Shown: positions 14,674-28,788 of the stretch, piece after piece
Layout: each line of letters starts with the position of its first letter
How positions within the stretch are numbered: the first letter of the stretch is position 1
NCBI RefSeq assembly: GCF_964204645.1
Contig: NC_134036.1
Span: forward strand, 8,357,830 to 8,421,829
Direction: 5' to 3'
DNA length: 64,000 nt
Source: Tubulanus polymorphus
Lineage: Eukaryota > Animalia > Nemertea
Position numbers and translations under genes: made by a program
Notes under the pieces: model-generated
Database searches by the model: none
Seen by the model: the letters and a program-made list of their open reading frames with translations, nothing else
Told to the model about the DNA's origin: nothing

Positions 14674-15035
14674 TTAATCCATTGATAATAATCTTGATTT
14701 AGTTTCGTTGATTTTGTCATTTGATTTATTTTCTGGTATAATAGGCTTATCATCGGGATCATTATTATTAGATTTATACTTATATTCATATATTACACCA
14801 GAGAATATAATAACTGTTACTAATCCAATTGTAATATATAATTTATTATTACTTCCAGCATTAGAAGAATCAGATGGATTATCATTCGAATCAATATCAG
14901 ATAATTTCTGTGATTCATTTATATCAGTTAATTTCTTTTTTTAGCTTTTTTTAACTCAGAAGATCTTTTACCCAATTCCCTTGCCCATTTAATTTGTTTT
15001 TCGGATCCGGGTTTCTCCTTAATATCATCACTCAT
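14674..15035 (-). pseudogene. Small single-pass membrane protein of the Maverick
   Basis: MSDDIKEKPGSEKQIKWARELGKRSSELKKAKK, then a frameshift in an A-run, then ...LYITIGLVTVIIFSGVIY...RLLSMD*. Confidence 0.5.
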
Positions 15036-15582
15036 TTATTTTAGTTAATTTTTGTTCTGATTCAATATCTTCTGATATATTTTTATCTTTGTATTCTATA
15101 GGTTTGATGTTAGAAAATGTTATAACTCCAGTAGAAATTAATGTCATTATTCCTCCTAATTGAAATGAAGTGTATCCAACCCATTTCTGTAGTTCTGTCA
15201 TTACTAAGTAGTCATTTTTTAAATCACTATATAATCTATTTTCATCATCAATTGGTATTACTCGGTTACATAATTCAGAGTAACATTTTACTATTCCATC
15301 ACTTATAGAGTCGTTTATTCTAGCTAATCTAGCTTCTTCATACATTTTGAAATGTTTTATTACGTTATCTGGTTTCATGTTATCTAATTCTTGAAAAGTT
15401 ATAATTCTATTTAAGAACTCCTTAGATTTTCCACCAGCAATCAGTTCTAGATGGTGCTAACATGTTAAATAGTATTCATAATCAATATCATAATTTTGAA
15501 TACAATTAGAAGCAACTGTATCATTATTGCCAGTAATGCCCAAATCCTCAATTGTCTTTTCAATATAAGATTTCTTTGACAT
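15028..15582 (-). pseudogene. Conserved uncharacterised Maverick protein
   Basis: ATG at 15582 is in frame with track ORF 15028-15378 through one TAG. Motifs GGKSKEFLN, HFKMYEEA and LYSDLKND. Confidence 0.55.
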
Positions 15583-15978
15583 TTATTTTAGCAAAAAAGC
15601 GTAGAAATATTATACTTATTCTTCAAATGATACTACTAGTTAAAGTTAAAGAATTTTCTATACTAGCTTAGTTAATTAAGTTAAAGAATTTCTATTCGAA
15701 TCTTATCAAAATATTAAGTATTCCCTTTTTGAAAAGAAATAATAGATTTTGAATAAAAATATAATAGAATTCACTATATAGTTGAAGTTATTGTTTTTTT
15801 AATACTTTTTTTTTAAATTAGGATTTAGATTTAGATCTCACTACTATTGTCTATCTATAGGAGCGGTAACTATAACTGTCCAGATAAGGTCACTCAATAA
15901 TTTGAAATTTTTTTGTAATTAGCTTCGTCTTATTCTATATAAATACCAGTATGATATGTAATTTTAATCACTTGCACC

Positions 15979-16021
15979 ATGCCTGAAGAGGGGATAATTT
16001 AACTCCCGAAAACGTTCGCTT
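15979..16021 (+). ncRNA. Minimal type I hammerhead ribozyme motif (Penelope-like)
   Basis: GC-CTGAAGA(15983-15989)-G-GGGA/TCCC stem II-GAAA-ACGT-TC-GC. Helix III is the palindrome AACGTT. AATAAA follows. Confidence 0.65.
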
Positions 16022-16367
16022 TAATAAATATATATTACGCATTAGAAAATGATTTGTACCTTTTTTTGCATCTTTGAATTACCTAGACTCTCTACCTAAG
16101 ATCTAATGATGAAGAAAAACGTTTTGCAATACTGGCGCGGTATGTGGTCGAATGGTCGCCATTAAGACCGCCTACCCATAGATTTCGCACAGATAATTCC
16201 GTCTAAAAATTAATTATAAAGACACTATTTTTTTTTTTGTACAGAGAATTCATTAATAATACTGCAAGTTGTATTAATGATTGAAATAAAGAAGTTTATA
16301 TCCTGATTTTAAATACACAATTTTAAGTTTATTCCTATTTCTTCATTTTCTTTTCATTTGGACTTAC

Positions 16368-16520
16368 TCGTGCATAGGTTCTTCACCACCAATTGGACCA
16401 GAGTCAAATGCAGTTGCCATTATTTCTGAGAGTTCGTGGAACTCTTTGCAGCATACACATTCACGGGGAGTTTGCATTGGGGAGCAAACATACATGCCAG
16501 TGCTGGTTCTACATGAGCAC
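16368..16520 (-). pseudogene. Exon encoding a P2X7-C-terminal/nanor/KolX-like Zn-binding Cys-rich domain (possible Kolobok relic)
   Basis: TTTTAG acceptor, then CSCRTSTGMYVCSPMQTPRECVCCKEFHELSE, then a GTAAGT donor. Matches the CxC..C..M....ECxCC motif. Confidence 0.55.
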
Positions 16521-16628
16521 CTAAAATTTAAAAAAATTGAAAGTAATTTCTTTAGACTGGCTGGAACATTGTGAGAGATTTTGACCTCTGGATCAGATTG
16601 AAGTTTCTAGGGAGCACTTCGTTTCTGT

Positions 16629-17753
16629 CGGTGTTTTCATATCGCGGAAAGACGGAATCGCGGAATTTTCCATAAACGCGGAATTTCTTCATTTTTACTT
16701 TAAATAGTAAACGGGTTTCCCCACGGGGATACCCACTGTCGGACAGGGCACGGGACCGATCGATGCAACGAGTTAGGTTCGAATCCCATTATTTGCAGGC
16801 AATTTTATATGGAATTATTATATTACGATACTGTTTACTGGCTGCCACCTGTAGAAGAAGTCAGAATCAAGTGGGGTGAAAGAGACCAGGCACCTAATGT
16901 CTATTTCTACTAGGCAAACTTCGGTTATCGAACTTCAGAAACGAATATTATCAGATGAATATTGAGCACGTTCGCGGTGTCGGACCGTAGTTGTAGATGG
17001 TTGCAAACATGAAATCCTACGACCAAACAAGTACCGGTTCAAATTCCTTTGAAATTATTATAATTTTACGGCCGTCCAGTACCGGTAACAATAAGATTCT
17101 TTTGATCAAAATAATCAGCATAGGAACATATATGTTATATCAGTCACAAAGTAAACATTAAAAAAGAAACCATTTTATAATCTTTCATTTCATTTAATTC
17201 TAAAAGATAAACCACATTCGCTTATAACAACAATGTAGACACACAACACGCATGGACAATCCTAAGCCAGAATGAAATATACATAATGTCTATTTATTTT
17301 CGTCTGACATCGATCCAGTTCCACAGTTGTGAGTTAACTCTGAGTTACTTAGTATCAATTTATTTCCAATGTTTTAAATCCAGAGACCAGAGTCAAATCT
17401 TAACTCGGAACTGAGTCCTGGAGAATGACCCATGGTGTCATCACAAATCCTACGTTTACGTACCATCGATTTGTATTCCTTCAGTTAATGCAGCGATACT
17501 CTGTATCACTGAATTCGCAAAGCACGTATTGCCTAGGTTCTCCATTATTTGGAACAGTATCGTTAAGTTGTTGACTGGCGATATAATAAATTATCAAATA
17601 CTAATTCCCGGTGTTGAAAACCTGGGTCCGGTGCCCTGTCCGACAGTGGGTATCCCCGTGGGAAAACCCGTTTACTATTTATAGTAAAAATGAAGAAATT
17701 CCGCGTTTTTGGAAAATTCCGCGATTCCGTCTTTCCGCGATATGACAACACCG
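16629..17753. mobile_element. Non-autonomous TIR transposon, Mutator-like (about 128-bp TIRs, 9-bp TSD)
   Basis: Termini CGGTGTTTTCATATCGCGG and CCGCGATATGACAACACCG. TSD CGTTTCTGT at 16620-16628 and 17754-17762. Confidence 0.9.
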
Positions 17754-19039
17754 CGTTTCTGTGGCAGTGTCCCTGCTGGCATTTTACCGGTACTAAATAA
17801 ATTTAATTTGCATTGAATTGAATATAAGTTACGCGAAATTTACCAACAAAAGCCGCGCAGTAACAATTCTTAATGGAAAGTTGTATCTTCCTTATCTTAT
17901 AAATTTACACTTCATGATATCTAATTTCACCACGATTTAAAACTACTGAACCGGTGCCCTTCTTGTCGGTGTTGTGTAGGTAGGCCTCAAAGATTTAGAG
18001 AATTAGAAACAAACTAATAAACCAATGAACCCAGAAATGGTCGTCGAAGTATTCATATTATTCATCTTACTATATTTGCTATTGTGTTGTGTTTATTTTG
18101 TTCATTCGAACAACTTACCAATCCGTATTGTCTGCCCTTTGTTCAAATTCTTCTACGCCGCCGTCGTCGTCACTACTACTATTGTCGTCAGATGAACTTG
18201 ATTCACTTTGTCGTCAGAATTATGTCTTTTGACTGGTTCGAACATGTGTGGTTGAATATTATAATCAGTGAATTCAAAATCACTGAACCCATCGTCCGAC
18301 ATTTGAGGTCTTTTGTTAAAAAGCTTTTGTTAGGAACAACGACAATGACTAAGATACAATGAATGGCACTATATGTTGTTTAGCACCAATCACGTCATAA
18401 TCCACGCCATCTTCCGGTTGAAGTTAGGAACTAACACAGCTATTTTTAGCAGAAAATCGGAGGCTTGAAGACAAGTTTAAAACCATTTTCTTTACTGACA
18501 AACTTATTTTTGACGTGTAAAATTTATATTTTCATGAATATTGAACATATACCTAACGTTGATAAAGAAACTATGGGAAGTCAGGATGATGGCATGTGCT
18601 CTTAAACAGTTTTCTACTCTACTGCCCTTGTGACAAGCTTTGTTTTCACAAGGTTGAGTTGTAAAATAGATACAGTTAGTGACCGGGACTCGTCATTGTG
18701 AGGGTTTACAACTTGATATTACAACTATACAAAAACCGTCGATCCTTTATTTTCCCTTGTGTAGCAATCGGACTTTTCAGGATTCCCAGAATGCTCCTCG
18801 AACACGAACTGAAATATCCCACAAAATCCATAGTACCAACTCGCACCTATCCGCAAATAAATCGTTTAGTCGTTTATTTGGCGCGTTTGTAAGGTTATAT
18901 GCCGTAAAGCATTAATTTCTTCGGACCATTCTGGGAATCATTTTGATACAAACAGAAAACGTATTATAAATTTGAAATGCGTTTAACGTGGAAATGAAAA
19001 AAAATCATTAGGAGTTTTTTACTGCCGACGAACCATGAA

Positions 19040-19420
19040 CAAACCGATAATTGATTTTTTACTCGCAGTTTTATTGAATTTAATAATAACACGCGATTTA
19101 ACGAGTTACAGATGTAAATTCGATTGTTAAATTCGAGTTGTTTCTTTACGGGCTCGACCTAGTGAGGCAGAAACCTGACTGTGGGTCAGTTTCATAATCG
19201 GATATTTCCCAAACCCCCGCAGATATATCCCGTTATGAGCCCTTATCTCATTTCAACAACGATTAGGAACACATCCCACCATTACAGTTGTTGTCGCAAC
19301 AATCACTATCATCGTTACACAATATGGACTGGTTTATGCACTCGTTATATCCTAACTCGTTATATCCTGAAATTAAAAACGGAACGTAAGTGAAACACTT
19401 ATTTTACTTTGAAATAAACC
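19040..19420 (+). repeat. Dispersed block homologous to 39425-39775
   Basis: Shared TTTACTCGCAGTTTTATTG, TCGGATATTTCCC and GCAACAATCA in the same order. Confidence 0.75.
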
Positions 19421-19573
19421 ATTTTACAGTTGCTAGCCGCCATTTTGTTAGGGTACTTTTGTCCCGTATTGTTGGGTCATTTTTTTCTCTTTTTTAAAAA
19501 CTATCCGTGATGTGTATTGTATCATATTTCATCTGTCCATGGATGGATTTTGACAACTTCAGCAACATATATA

Positions 19574-19710
<137 letters not shown>

Positions 19711-22204
19711 TTCATAACATGGCTTACCTTAGTCACTTCTTCCAATGTATTTTCTTTTCCAAATGAAATCGTTCTCTCGAGCCAGGAGAGTCGACTCATG
19801 AATAAAATATATTTCGCGCAATATTCTATGTGTTTCAAATACAAATTGAAAGTATGCTAATAATTGCCCAGCTTGATATTGATTGAAACTTTGATCGATA
19901 TTTTGTTTATTTAGGGAAACTGCAGTAAACCTTTTTTTATGTGCATGTGTTATCGTGAAAGCGGGCAGATTTCAAATTCGTTTCAAAAAGTTCAGTTCAT
20001 GTCCACCAGTTCTAATATGCAGCTTATTGCTGCACCGAAATTTGTTTGGCTTTGTTTCACACAGTTGGTTGGTATAGAAACGTAGATACCACACTGACAG
20101 GAGTATGTTTGTTAATCGGGGTTTCAATCGTGATTTCGATGATTTTCGTCTCTAATGATTACATGCCCCGCTATTTGGTTTATACGTGACGGCTGTCATC
20201 TGCAATAGATTGTGCAAATAACTGTATTAAAATTGTTGAATATGAGTTAATTATGAAGAATTGGAAATTTTAACTACAATTATAAGTAGAAATGAATCGC
20301 AAATTTACAGTTTTGCCACTGCAGTTCTACTTTTAGCTGAATCAATACGCACCCGTCACTCCATCGATATTCATTGAAACTCATATCGATATTTTGGTAA
20401 GCTGTATCACTACGCACCCAGTAGGCACAATCGATGCACGTGCATCACTATTTACTCCTAGAGAGTCGATCATACGTACATTGTTTTTCATTGGTTTCAT
20501 AGGAAACCATTATATTTAATGAGCTGTCACTGATATTAGGTTTTCCTATACTATTTTATCATTTTCGCTGATGTACTACGCGCGTATAGAACACACCATT
20601 CTGACTTGTAATGCACCGGCCTTACGTCTATGATTGTAAAGCGACGACGGGATCATTTTTTTCGAATTGTCGAACTGAGCTGCGCGTATTTCTTTCGGCC
20701 GAAAGATGCAATCGAGACTGCCGAATAGATACCGCAGACCACAGTCATCCAGTGTGTATTGCTATCCTGCACATTCGCCTCACGTTTCGGGTAAAATCTA
20801 CCGTAATCTGGTCGTCGATGGCAGTGAATATGATTTTGCCCTGAAATACTTGTCTTTCAACTTTTAGAAATTTCATTCTGTCAAAATGAGACCCTTGACA
20901 GCTACGATATATCAAAGACACTAACGCATTTACTTAATTTACCCGCCATCATAATTCTGTGTGGAATCTAGAAAGTATGTTTGACGATAATTGGGAACCA
21001 CTGTTGTTTCGGTAGAATTTCCATGTCCCGAACTCTGCAGTTCATTCAGCATTTGGTCACTTTTCGGCACTTGATTCGAGCAAATACTTTGTAGGGAGCG
21101 ACGAGTCCAGTTTTAATCATTATTATGGATCGAATTATATACAGTTTTATGGTTTAAACAGTAATACCGATTGCACATGCACATATGAATTTGAATTTTT
21201 AAATATCACTTGTTATCATAGTAGGCCTAGGCCAGAAATTAATCTAGTGTTTGAAGTTTTTGTAGACCAACTGATCAGACTCTGTAGCAGTTCAACTTTA
21301 CATAGATGAGTTTCCATAATAACTATAATCGAAGAGAAATTTCGTCAAATTACTAAATATGACTAGTTCAGTCCCGTTTTATGGTTGAAAATGATTTAAA
21401 GATGAATGATATGTCGCTATCATGCACATTCGTCACACGCGTCGCATAACAAACATCAACTGGCCATTAATTAAACTGACTTATACTCAGAAATACAGGT
21501 CTGTCAAGTCTGTCAAATCTTGGAATAATACTAATCATTCAATATGGATTCAGTTGTGACGTCACGTGAAAGACCTCAATAGAAAACTAATCTTGTTTGT
21601 TAAACTTGGTATGGGTTGGAACAACGTCATTCAAGGATAAAGAACCTGTTTCAGGTAATTAATCAACATTTCATGAAGGTTCCATCTGTTGTGCTGACTA
21701 TGAAACATCATTACATACGAGTCCTGCCTATAAAACTGGTATGCCCGTTATCTGCAAATCGATCCACGATGAGTGTTCATCGAGAAGAAATTTCAGTAAC
21801 CGGAAGCTTAAGAGCAACATATGCTGTGTTTGATCATCGATCCAAGATAAGCGTTCATTAAACATTAATTTTTGAAACCAGATCCCCAAGAGCAACAGGT
21901 GTATGGTAGAAATGTATTTGCTCGTCAATTCACGATGATTAATCATCGAGCAGAAATATCGACAACCAGAACCAGGTGACTAAACATCTTTCTGCTGATA
22001 ATTATTCGACAGTGAATTGTTAAACGAGATGTTCTAAATAATGCCATCTAGTATGATAATAATTACTTATCATTTCAAGATTCTAACTGGTGGAAAATTT
22101 AATGTAAGCTCGATAATATTCATGACCTAGTTTTCTTTGAACTCATGTTGTTGTAGAAAATAGATGAGCTGGATTTTGAAACAGAATTAGTGATCGAGAA
22201 CAAA

Positions 22205-22515
22205 ACTATACACGGAGTCGATTTGGCCCGAGCCAATTTGGCACGGATCATGCACGGGCCAAGTTTGGCCCGTGCTTAACTAGAGAGTGCAGTCACATGC
22301 AAACCATTCACTCGATACTAAACAATGCTCAAACAAAGCGAAGTGGATAATTTCCGGTGCCAGTTCAATTCAAGCGCAATCATTTGTCTGGTGCCAAAAT
22401 TTGGCTCGGGCCTGGTCAGACGTTTTTGGTCGGGCCAAACAGGCTCGGGCCCATTTGGCACCCGTGTGAACAGTTGTACAAATTTGGCCAGGGCCAAAAA
22501 TGCTCGTGTGATCCC
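22205..22515. mobile_element. GC-rich MITE-like element with repeated TTTGGCCCG/CGGGCCAAA motifs
   Basis: Multiple direct and inverted copies of a short motif. Termini are degenerate. Confidence 0.45.
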
Positions 22516-23939
22516 GGCTTATGTTCACCAATTTTAAAGTTTTTAGCAATGACGATTATTAATGAGCTCTGAAAAAAGTGAAATAATTTGAACCGATCTT
22601 ACATATTCTATTTTATGATTGGAAAATAAAGGAATGGCGCAGATCAAATACGCTTACGCAATTCCGTGGCAACCACGCTCCTATTTGTGTCGGGATGCGA
22701 TCATAAAATCGTGTTTCTCAGTCGACCTTCATAGATTGCTCGGCTTAAAAGATACCCTAACAGTAAACGTTCACAGATCATTCGGAAACGTTTTTCTCAA
22801 GATCTGTACATATTTACCGTCCAAACTTTGGCTAAAACGTATACTGAACGGTTTTTCTCTTTTTTTTTATAAAAACTATAACACTATGTGACGTGTCATT
22901 TAAATCCCACATGAAGCACCGTACTTTGCATCAGCCTTGAAAAAAATACAGAATAATCCATGTTTTATAGTCGCGGAATTTGGGATTCGAACTTGCTCTG
23001 CTTTGTACAGAGGAGAGGGAAGCCGTGTGTACGAATTCGCTGCGCGCCATTTTCTTGTACCGGTTGGTGCGAGTTGGGTCAGAGGACTGAACTTCACAAC
23101 GAAAAAAGTAGGACCCTATTCTTTATTCGCAAAAAAGATTCACGTTCTGTACTTTAAAAGATGCATTGCAGCTTGCAAATAGGCCTTAATAGTGTGTTCG
23201 CCGCAGTGTAAGCTAGTTTTAAGCAGGGTTGCACCTGTTGTTTGCTCTAAATAAGCCTACAAATCAGCTCTGAGGTCCGGTGCGAATTCTTGATCAAATT
23301 TTTGCCTACTGAACATGGTTTTTAGGAGTCTACAAATTAAAGAATCCAAGAACATGTCTATCTATCACAGCCACACTTGTCTTAAGAACAATAAGCAATT
23401 AACCATATTGGCCTAACTTTTTCAGTAGTACATTTAAAAACAGTCTGAAGTAAGTTTTTTTTCATTCCGGTTTTTTTATTATCTGTTTCCTATAGTAGTC
23501 CTTCCATTTGGAGACTGTGACTATGTGATACATGTAATCTACTGCAGAAAAGATCGGATGGTAATGTTGGCTCCCTAAAAATAGCCACATCTGTTGGGAT
23601 GAAAAGATATCCGGTGATCTTTTTGAAACATGGTGTGCGTGGCTAGACGAGTTGCTATTATTATGCGATTTGAGAATCCCTCGACATCATTTGTTCTCGT
23701 CGCCTTCTGCCGAAACGTGGCAGCTTAATCTGTCCTGTGATGCATCGAAACGAGCATTCGGCTGTGTTGTTTTAACGCGGGTGAGCTTTATACCTGTTCA
23801 TTTATTTTGTTCGTTACGTTTGAAAATGAAAAATATAGATTTGAATATTTCATCACTGCGCTTACGTTGGTCGCTTGTTTCAATGTATGCGGCTTTCGGA
23901 ATTGAAATATATCGTTATCTCGAGTCAGAAGCTGTCGAT

Positions 23940-24260
23940 GAATGACTGAAATATATTGCGCGCGTTCATATATTTCAAATACAACTGAAATTATACCAAT
24001 GACTGCACAGCTTGATATTGATTGAAATTTGTGTTGATGTAGAATCGATATGCATACGGCTCTTTAAAATCGATCTGCGCGCATCCCAGAGCTTTAAGTA
24101 CATATAACGTTTCGATCCCTCAGGAATTTATTATATTTGATGAGCTGTCGTTTTCCAGAATTTCTGAATATTAATTTGTCATATGCTACTTCAATATTTT
24201 CACTCATGTACTGTGTGTGTGTATAGAACGTATTATTGTGCCCGGCCTTACATCTGCGAT
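23940..24260 (+). repeat. Dispersed repeat family; other copies at ~19790-19900, 20340-20620, 41975-42170 and 54170-54425
   Basis: Shared CAGCTTGATATTGATTGAAA, CTTTAAAATCGATC, ATGAGCTGTC and GCTACTTCAATATTTTC, all on the + strand. Confidence 0.75.
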
Positions 24261-24452
24261 TATAAGTGACCATGGAATCCGATGGTTGTGTGGATTGTAA
24301 ATTTCCAGTGCGTGTTTTTGTCGACCACCGGGAACGACATGCACAGTTGTCACACCTTGTTTTGGTCGCCATCTGGTCATCATTGTCAGTGCTTTGAATT
24401 TTGCCAAAAATTAGTGTACAGTCAAATCTTTTATTCCTCCCCCGCGCGGCGC

Positions 24453-24690
24453 AGGACTATGATATTACACAGTATGATTACCCCTAGGGAGAGTATGTAC
24501 CCTATTGATTTGGGGTCCAAGGACCAAAGGTCAAGGTCACTACACGTCATTCATGTGAAAGCTTGTGAACGTCATTCAAGAAGAACCGTTGATAGCAGGA
24601 CCATGATATTACGTAGTATGATTACCCTTAGGAAAAGGATGTGTCCTATTGATTTTCGGATCCAAGGACCAAATGTCAAGGTCACTACAG
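24453..24690 (+). repeat. Two ~144-bp tandem units containing GGTCAAGGTCA (core repeat of lophotrochozoan Helentron/pearl-like MITEs, tentative)
   Basis: Units start at ~24453 and ~24597 (AGGAC.ATGATATTAC..AGTATGATTACCC). Confidence 0.6.
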
Positions 24691-26397
24691 GTCTTCACAA
24701 TGAGTAGAAACCTAGCGTGATTGACGCAAACTACAACAGTTTTATAGTTAAAGGACGTGCCATTCCATATCATACATATCGTTATAAATTTCTGGATATT
24801 AACTTTTCATGTGATACCACGTGTTGACTCATGTTCTTCATTTAAAAACACGTTTGATTTTGACCGATTGATTATTTTCATTTAAACGATTATCGTGTTT
24901 TAATGACCGCATCAAAATGGTGTGAATTGAGGTACTTATCTCTATTAGATGATTCTCGTGTAAAAGGACATTTAGATATTAATATCCCCAGAAACTATTT
25001 GCAGAAACTGTGTTGTTAATCCAAAGAGAGTTTTTTCTCCTCAAACACGAAAATCTTCAATTTCTACGTCAATTCGTTACCGATCTCCTTGATTTGATCG
25101 AGTTCAACAGTTTTGATAATTTTTTGACGCCTTATAAAACGTTACCATTATGAAACCTAAACAATGTTAACCATTCAGCGTCATTTTACAAACGACAGCC
25201 GTAAATCGATGTGCAAAACGTCACAGGTCTATGTGTACACAAACAAGCTATCTGGCAAAATATTATTGACATAGATGTAGAATGGCTTCCTTTGATTATA
25301 TAATGACCTATATTTGAACGTCGAAATGTTTTATTGCATTGAATATCATTAGAAGACGTATTGTAATAGTAAAGGATGTATGATTGTATCAGAAGCGGCA
25401 GGCATAATTATCGAAATGATAAGTAAATCGGATTATTCGGTTAAATGGCGGATGTATACACGATTTGGAAGTCCGATATAAAAGTCAGACCCTGACTCGG
25501 GCATGCCGGTGGAATGACGAAGCTATCTACGATGTGTGTAGGGCCGGCGTGAATTTCATCAGCGGCTACAAGCGGTAAATATGAAAATGTGTAAACATAT
25601 AATTTCAATATTCAAACGTTTTAGAAAATATGTTTGATATTAGGAGTATGCAGGTTTCGTGAGATTAGCAATTTATAATAGCATAGCTGTCATATACGGC
25701 TCCGCGTCCTCTGATGGCATGTGTATTAGGTGACAATTCAATTCAATTCTTTATTGATCCTTATTACATTGAAATTCCGGGATAAAATTCCCGAATTCAA
25801 TAAATACAAATTTTAAAATAAATTAATACAACATACATGACACACGGGTAATTCATACAGAACAACATAAGCATGTTATTTTAAATGACAATGTCTACTT
25901 CAACCCACCCAGACTCAAGACTCTAGGATATCGAGTAACAGCCAAACCCGTGGCCCGGGCCCGGGGACCGGGCCGGCTGGCTAGGCCACACGATATGCTC
26001 GAAGTCATGATGAAGCAGACATCAGAAGAGCTCTTTCTTCAACCATGGAGGCAATGACGTTGCAGACCAGCTTAGAGGCATAAGTAAATGAAGTCGGTCG
26101 CAAGTTCGCGATCAATTATTGAGAATTTTCAATAAAAAGATTTAAACCACTACTAGAGTCGAAGACCTGTATCATCTACCCAATCGCCAAATCTCATCAT
26201 TCCCCAAATTTCTTAAAACTTCGATTTCAAATTTGCAATTCCACGTTAGCTTAGCCCAGAAATTCTATATTTTTTTCGCAGGCGTCAAATAATTTTCTAA
26301 AATTAATTTTCTTGTTGTCTTAGTGTAATGTTAAACATGAAAACTGGATTCGGAATCTATTAGTTTGATATGGCTGAATACTTGTATTAGTTAACTA

Positions 26398-26647
26398 AAT
26401 AATTTTGGGTCCGGAATTTTCAGTAAAATATAACGGACGAAATAGTTTCATATTTCACGCGTTTCCACTCGGGATTCTCAAGTACTGAAATTACCGCCTG
26501 ACTAGTTGAGAGAATTGAATAGAAAGTAAATAGTGTATTGAATATCTGAAGAGTATAAAATACATGAGCGAATTTTCTACATAAACGTTTCTATATTGAA
26601 TGCAGCAACCGAACTCTTACACGAAGGCAAAACTGTAAGTAGATAAC
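26398..26647 (+). repeat. Non-coding block homologous to 51982-52227, upstream of peptide genes 1 and 2
   Basis: Both begin AATTTTGGGTCCGGAAT and end GGCAAAAC(T)GTAAGTAGATAAC. Confidence 0.8.
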
Positions 26648-28569
26648 ATGCGCACTGTGATGGCAAATGGGTGATAATTGTTCATCGACGTGTCATATCG
26701 TTTAGTAAAGTAATATGTATCAGTGTGCCTGGACTTTATTACATAGAAATTTTCATTTTTGGCTGGTCAGTGGTCGGTAAGTTACTAATGACCATTGCTA
26801 AGGCAGTGTGCCCAAATGAATCTCCAACGATTACAACCCGTTTTCGGTTAATTGCATATGGGAACGTTACTGCTAGAATGCTGTAACGCGCTATTCTCAT
26901 TTATGAAATTAGTTTTGCACCTAAATCTACTTCACTACCTTTATTTATAGTTAAATCCTTGCAAAAACATGATTAATGTTCCCCAGGTTGTCTGCTTTCG
27001 TTGGATGCTTAATTTCAATTGATAATCAAAATAATGGCGCTGCTTTCTGCTTATAAACTTTTCAAGTCAGAGCCATTTTACTATGTATCGGAGGCAAAAA
27101 TGCATTTGGGCAGCGGGTTTTTATAAGCTTGACAGCTTATATAAGGATGATTAGAACACCAATGAAAACAGTTTTCAACGGAAAAGAAAAGTGGCTTTTA
27201 TATGTTACAAGTTTGGTGGCTGTATCTTAAATAGCCAGTTTGTGTCAATTCTTAAAGGAGTTTTATCACTACGGCTGCACCCAGTTACTGTTACTGCTGC
27301 ACACAATGCGACTGAAAGGTGTAACTCTGTGTGTTGAACCATGCTTACATTGATTGCAGAAACGATCCTATATGAGTTGTCAAAAGTCGAATACCGGTAC
27401 CACTGGCCATGTAATGGCTTAAAATGACAACAGTTCACGCATGACCACTGACTGACAAATAGTCAATATTGTCCCTGTCACATTATTAGGCCCCGGCCTA
27501 GTGTACCAACAAACGTGGGTTTAAACTGCAGTTTGGGTCACCCTTCCACTACGTGGTGCTAGTTGTTCCAAAATTAATACTAATTACCAATTTTCAATTC
27601 AATTGAATTAAGTTTTATTGAACAAACTCCAAATTTGCAATTCAATTCAATTCGTGGCGCTAGTCCAGTATACGACATTATAGTGCGTGCATAGAGTTAC
27701 ACTGCGTTATTCGGTCAGTGTTCACAGCAGTTGACAGTCGACACCTAAAGTAAACTATGAGAATAGGTGGCAACCTGTCAACCCGTACTGAAGTATAACA
27801 GTTTTTCACCCCTTTAACTGCTATTTGTCTTCATAATTTTCATTGTCATTCATAAATCCATTGCGAATTATGAAGTTGCGGATGATTCGGATGATATCGA
27901 CATTTCGAAACACAAAAAGGCATGTATATATAACATTCAAATATAATATATCTAGATAGCTTTTAAAATTGGTGGAAGGGTGGTTTTTTATGTTGATTTG
28001 ACAAATCGTTGGTCCTAAATAACCTTGGGAAGGTTTTTAGCATAGTTTAAAATGTGAATGATTAAGGTTAGGGTTCGGGTTAGGTTTAGGGATAGAGGTT
28101 AGGGGACCAAACCGAAGGTTTTGGAGACCCCACTAGTGCACGGGCAGCGGGTTATCCCTGTAAAAAAAGTATGAGTTATGTTGTGTGAGGCGGTCTACGG
28201 GACCTTGATGCCTCGGGGCGTGTTCGTGAGAGTTAAGGGTTACTATGAGGCTTCAATTCAGGAATCAGTGAACTATACCATTGGCAGTTGTTTCTCTGTT
28301 AAGGAACATGAATATATCATTATAGACATGTGACGCTGCTGTATGTCTCCACTGATGTGTATGTCTGCACATCAACCAACCTATCGAAGACAAGTTTCCT
28401 GCTAGTAAATAATCAAATGATATATAAAATATTATATCAATTGATTTTTGGGAATAATTAATTAGGAAGATGTTCTCGAAACAGAAGACTAGACGATTAG
28501 TATACGCGTTCACACGGAATCTAGGTGAGAGGCCGGTCGTTAACCGTCCGGTACAGTTATCACCTTACT

Positions 28570-28788
28570 GAGGGTGTCTACCTGTCATCCATCCTGTGCG
28601 ATCATCACCTAACTGTTGTATAGGGTGTCTACCTGTCGTCCGTCCTGTGCATTCATCACCTAACTGCCATGTAGGGTGTCAGCTGTCAACCGTCCTGTGG
28701 AGTCGTCACCTAACTTGTGTGTAGGGTGTCATCTGTCAACCGTCATTTAGAGTCATCACCCTAGTATGTAAGGTGTCGCGTGTCATCA
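28570..28788 (+). repeat. ~51-bp minisatellite, about 4 copies
   Basis: AGGGTGTC(T)ACCTGTC..CC.TCCTGTG...TCATCACCTAACT repeated. Confidence 0.85.
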
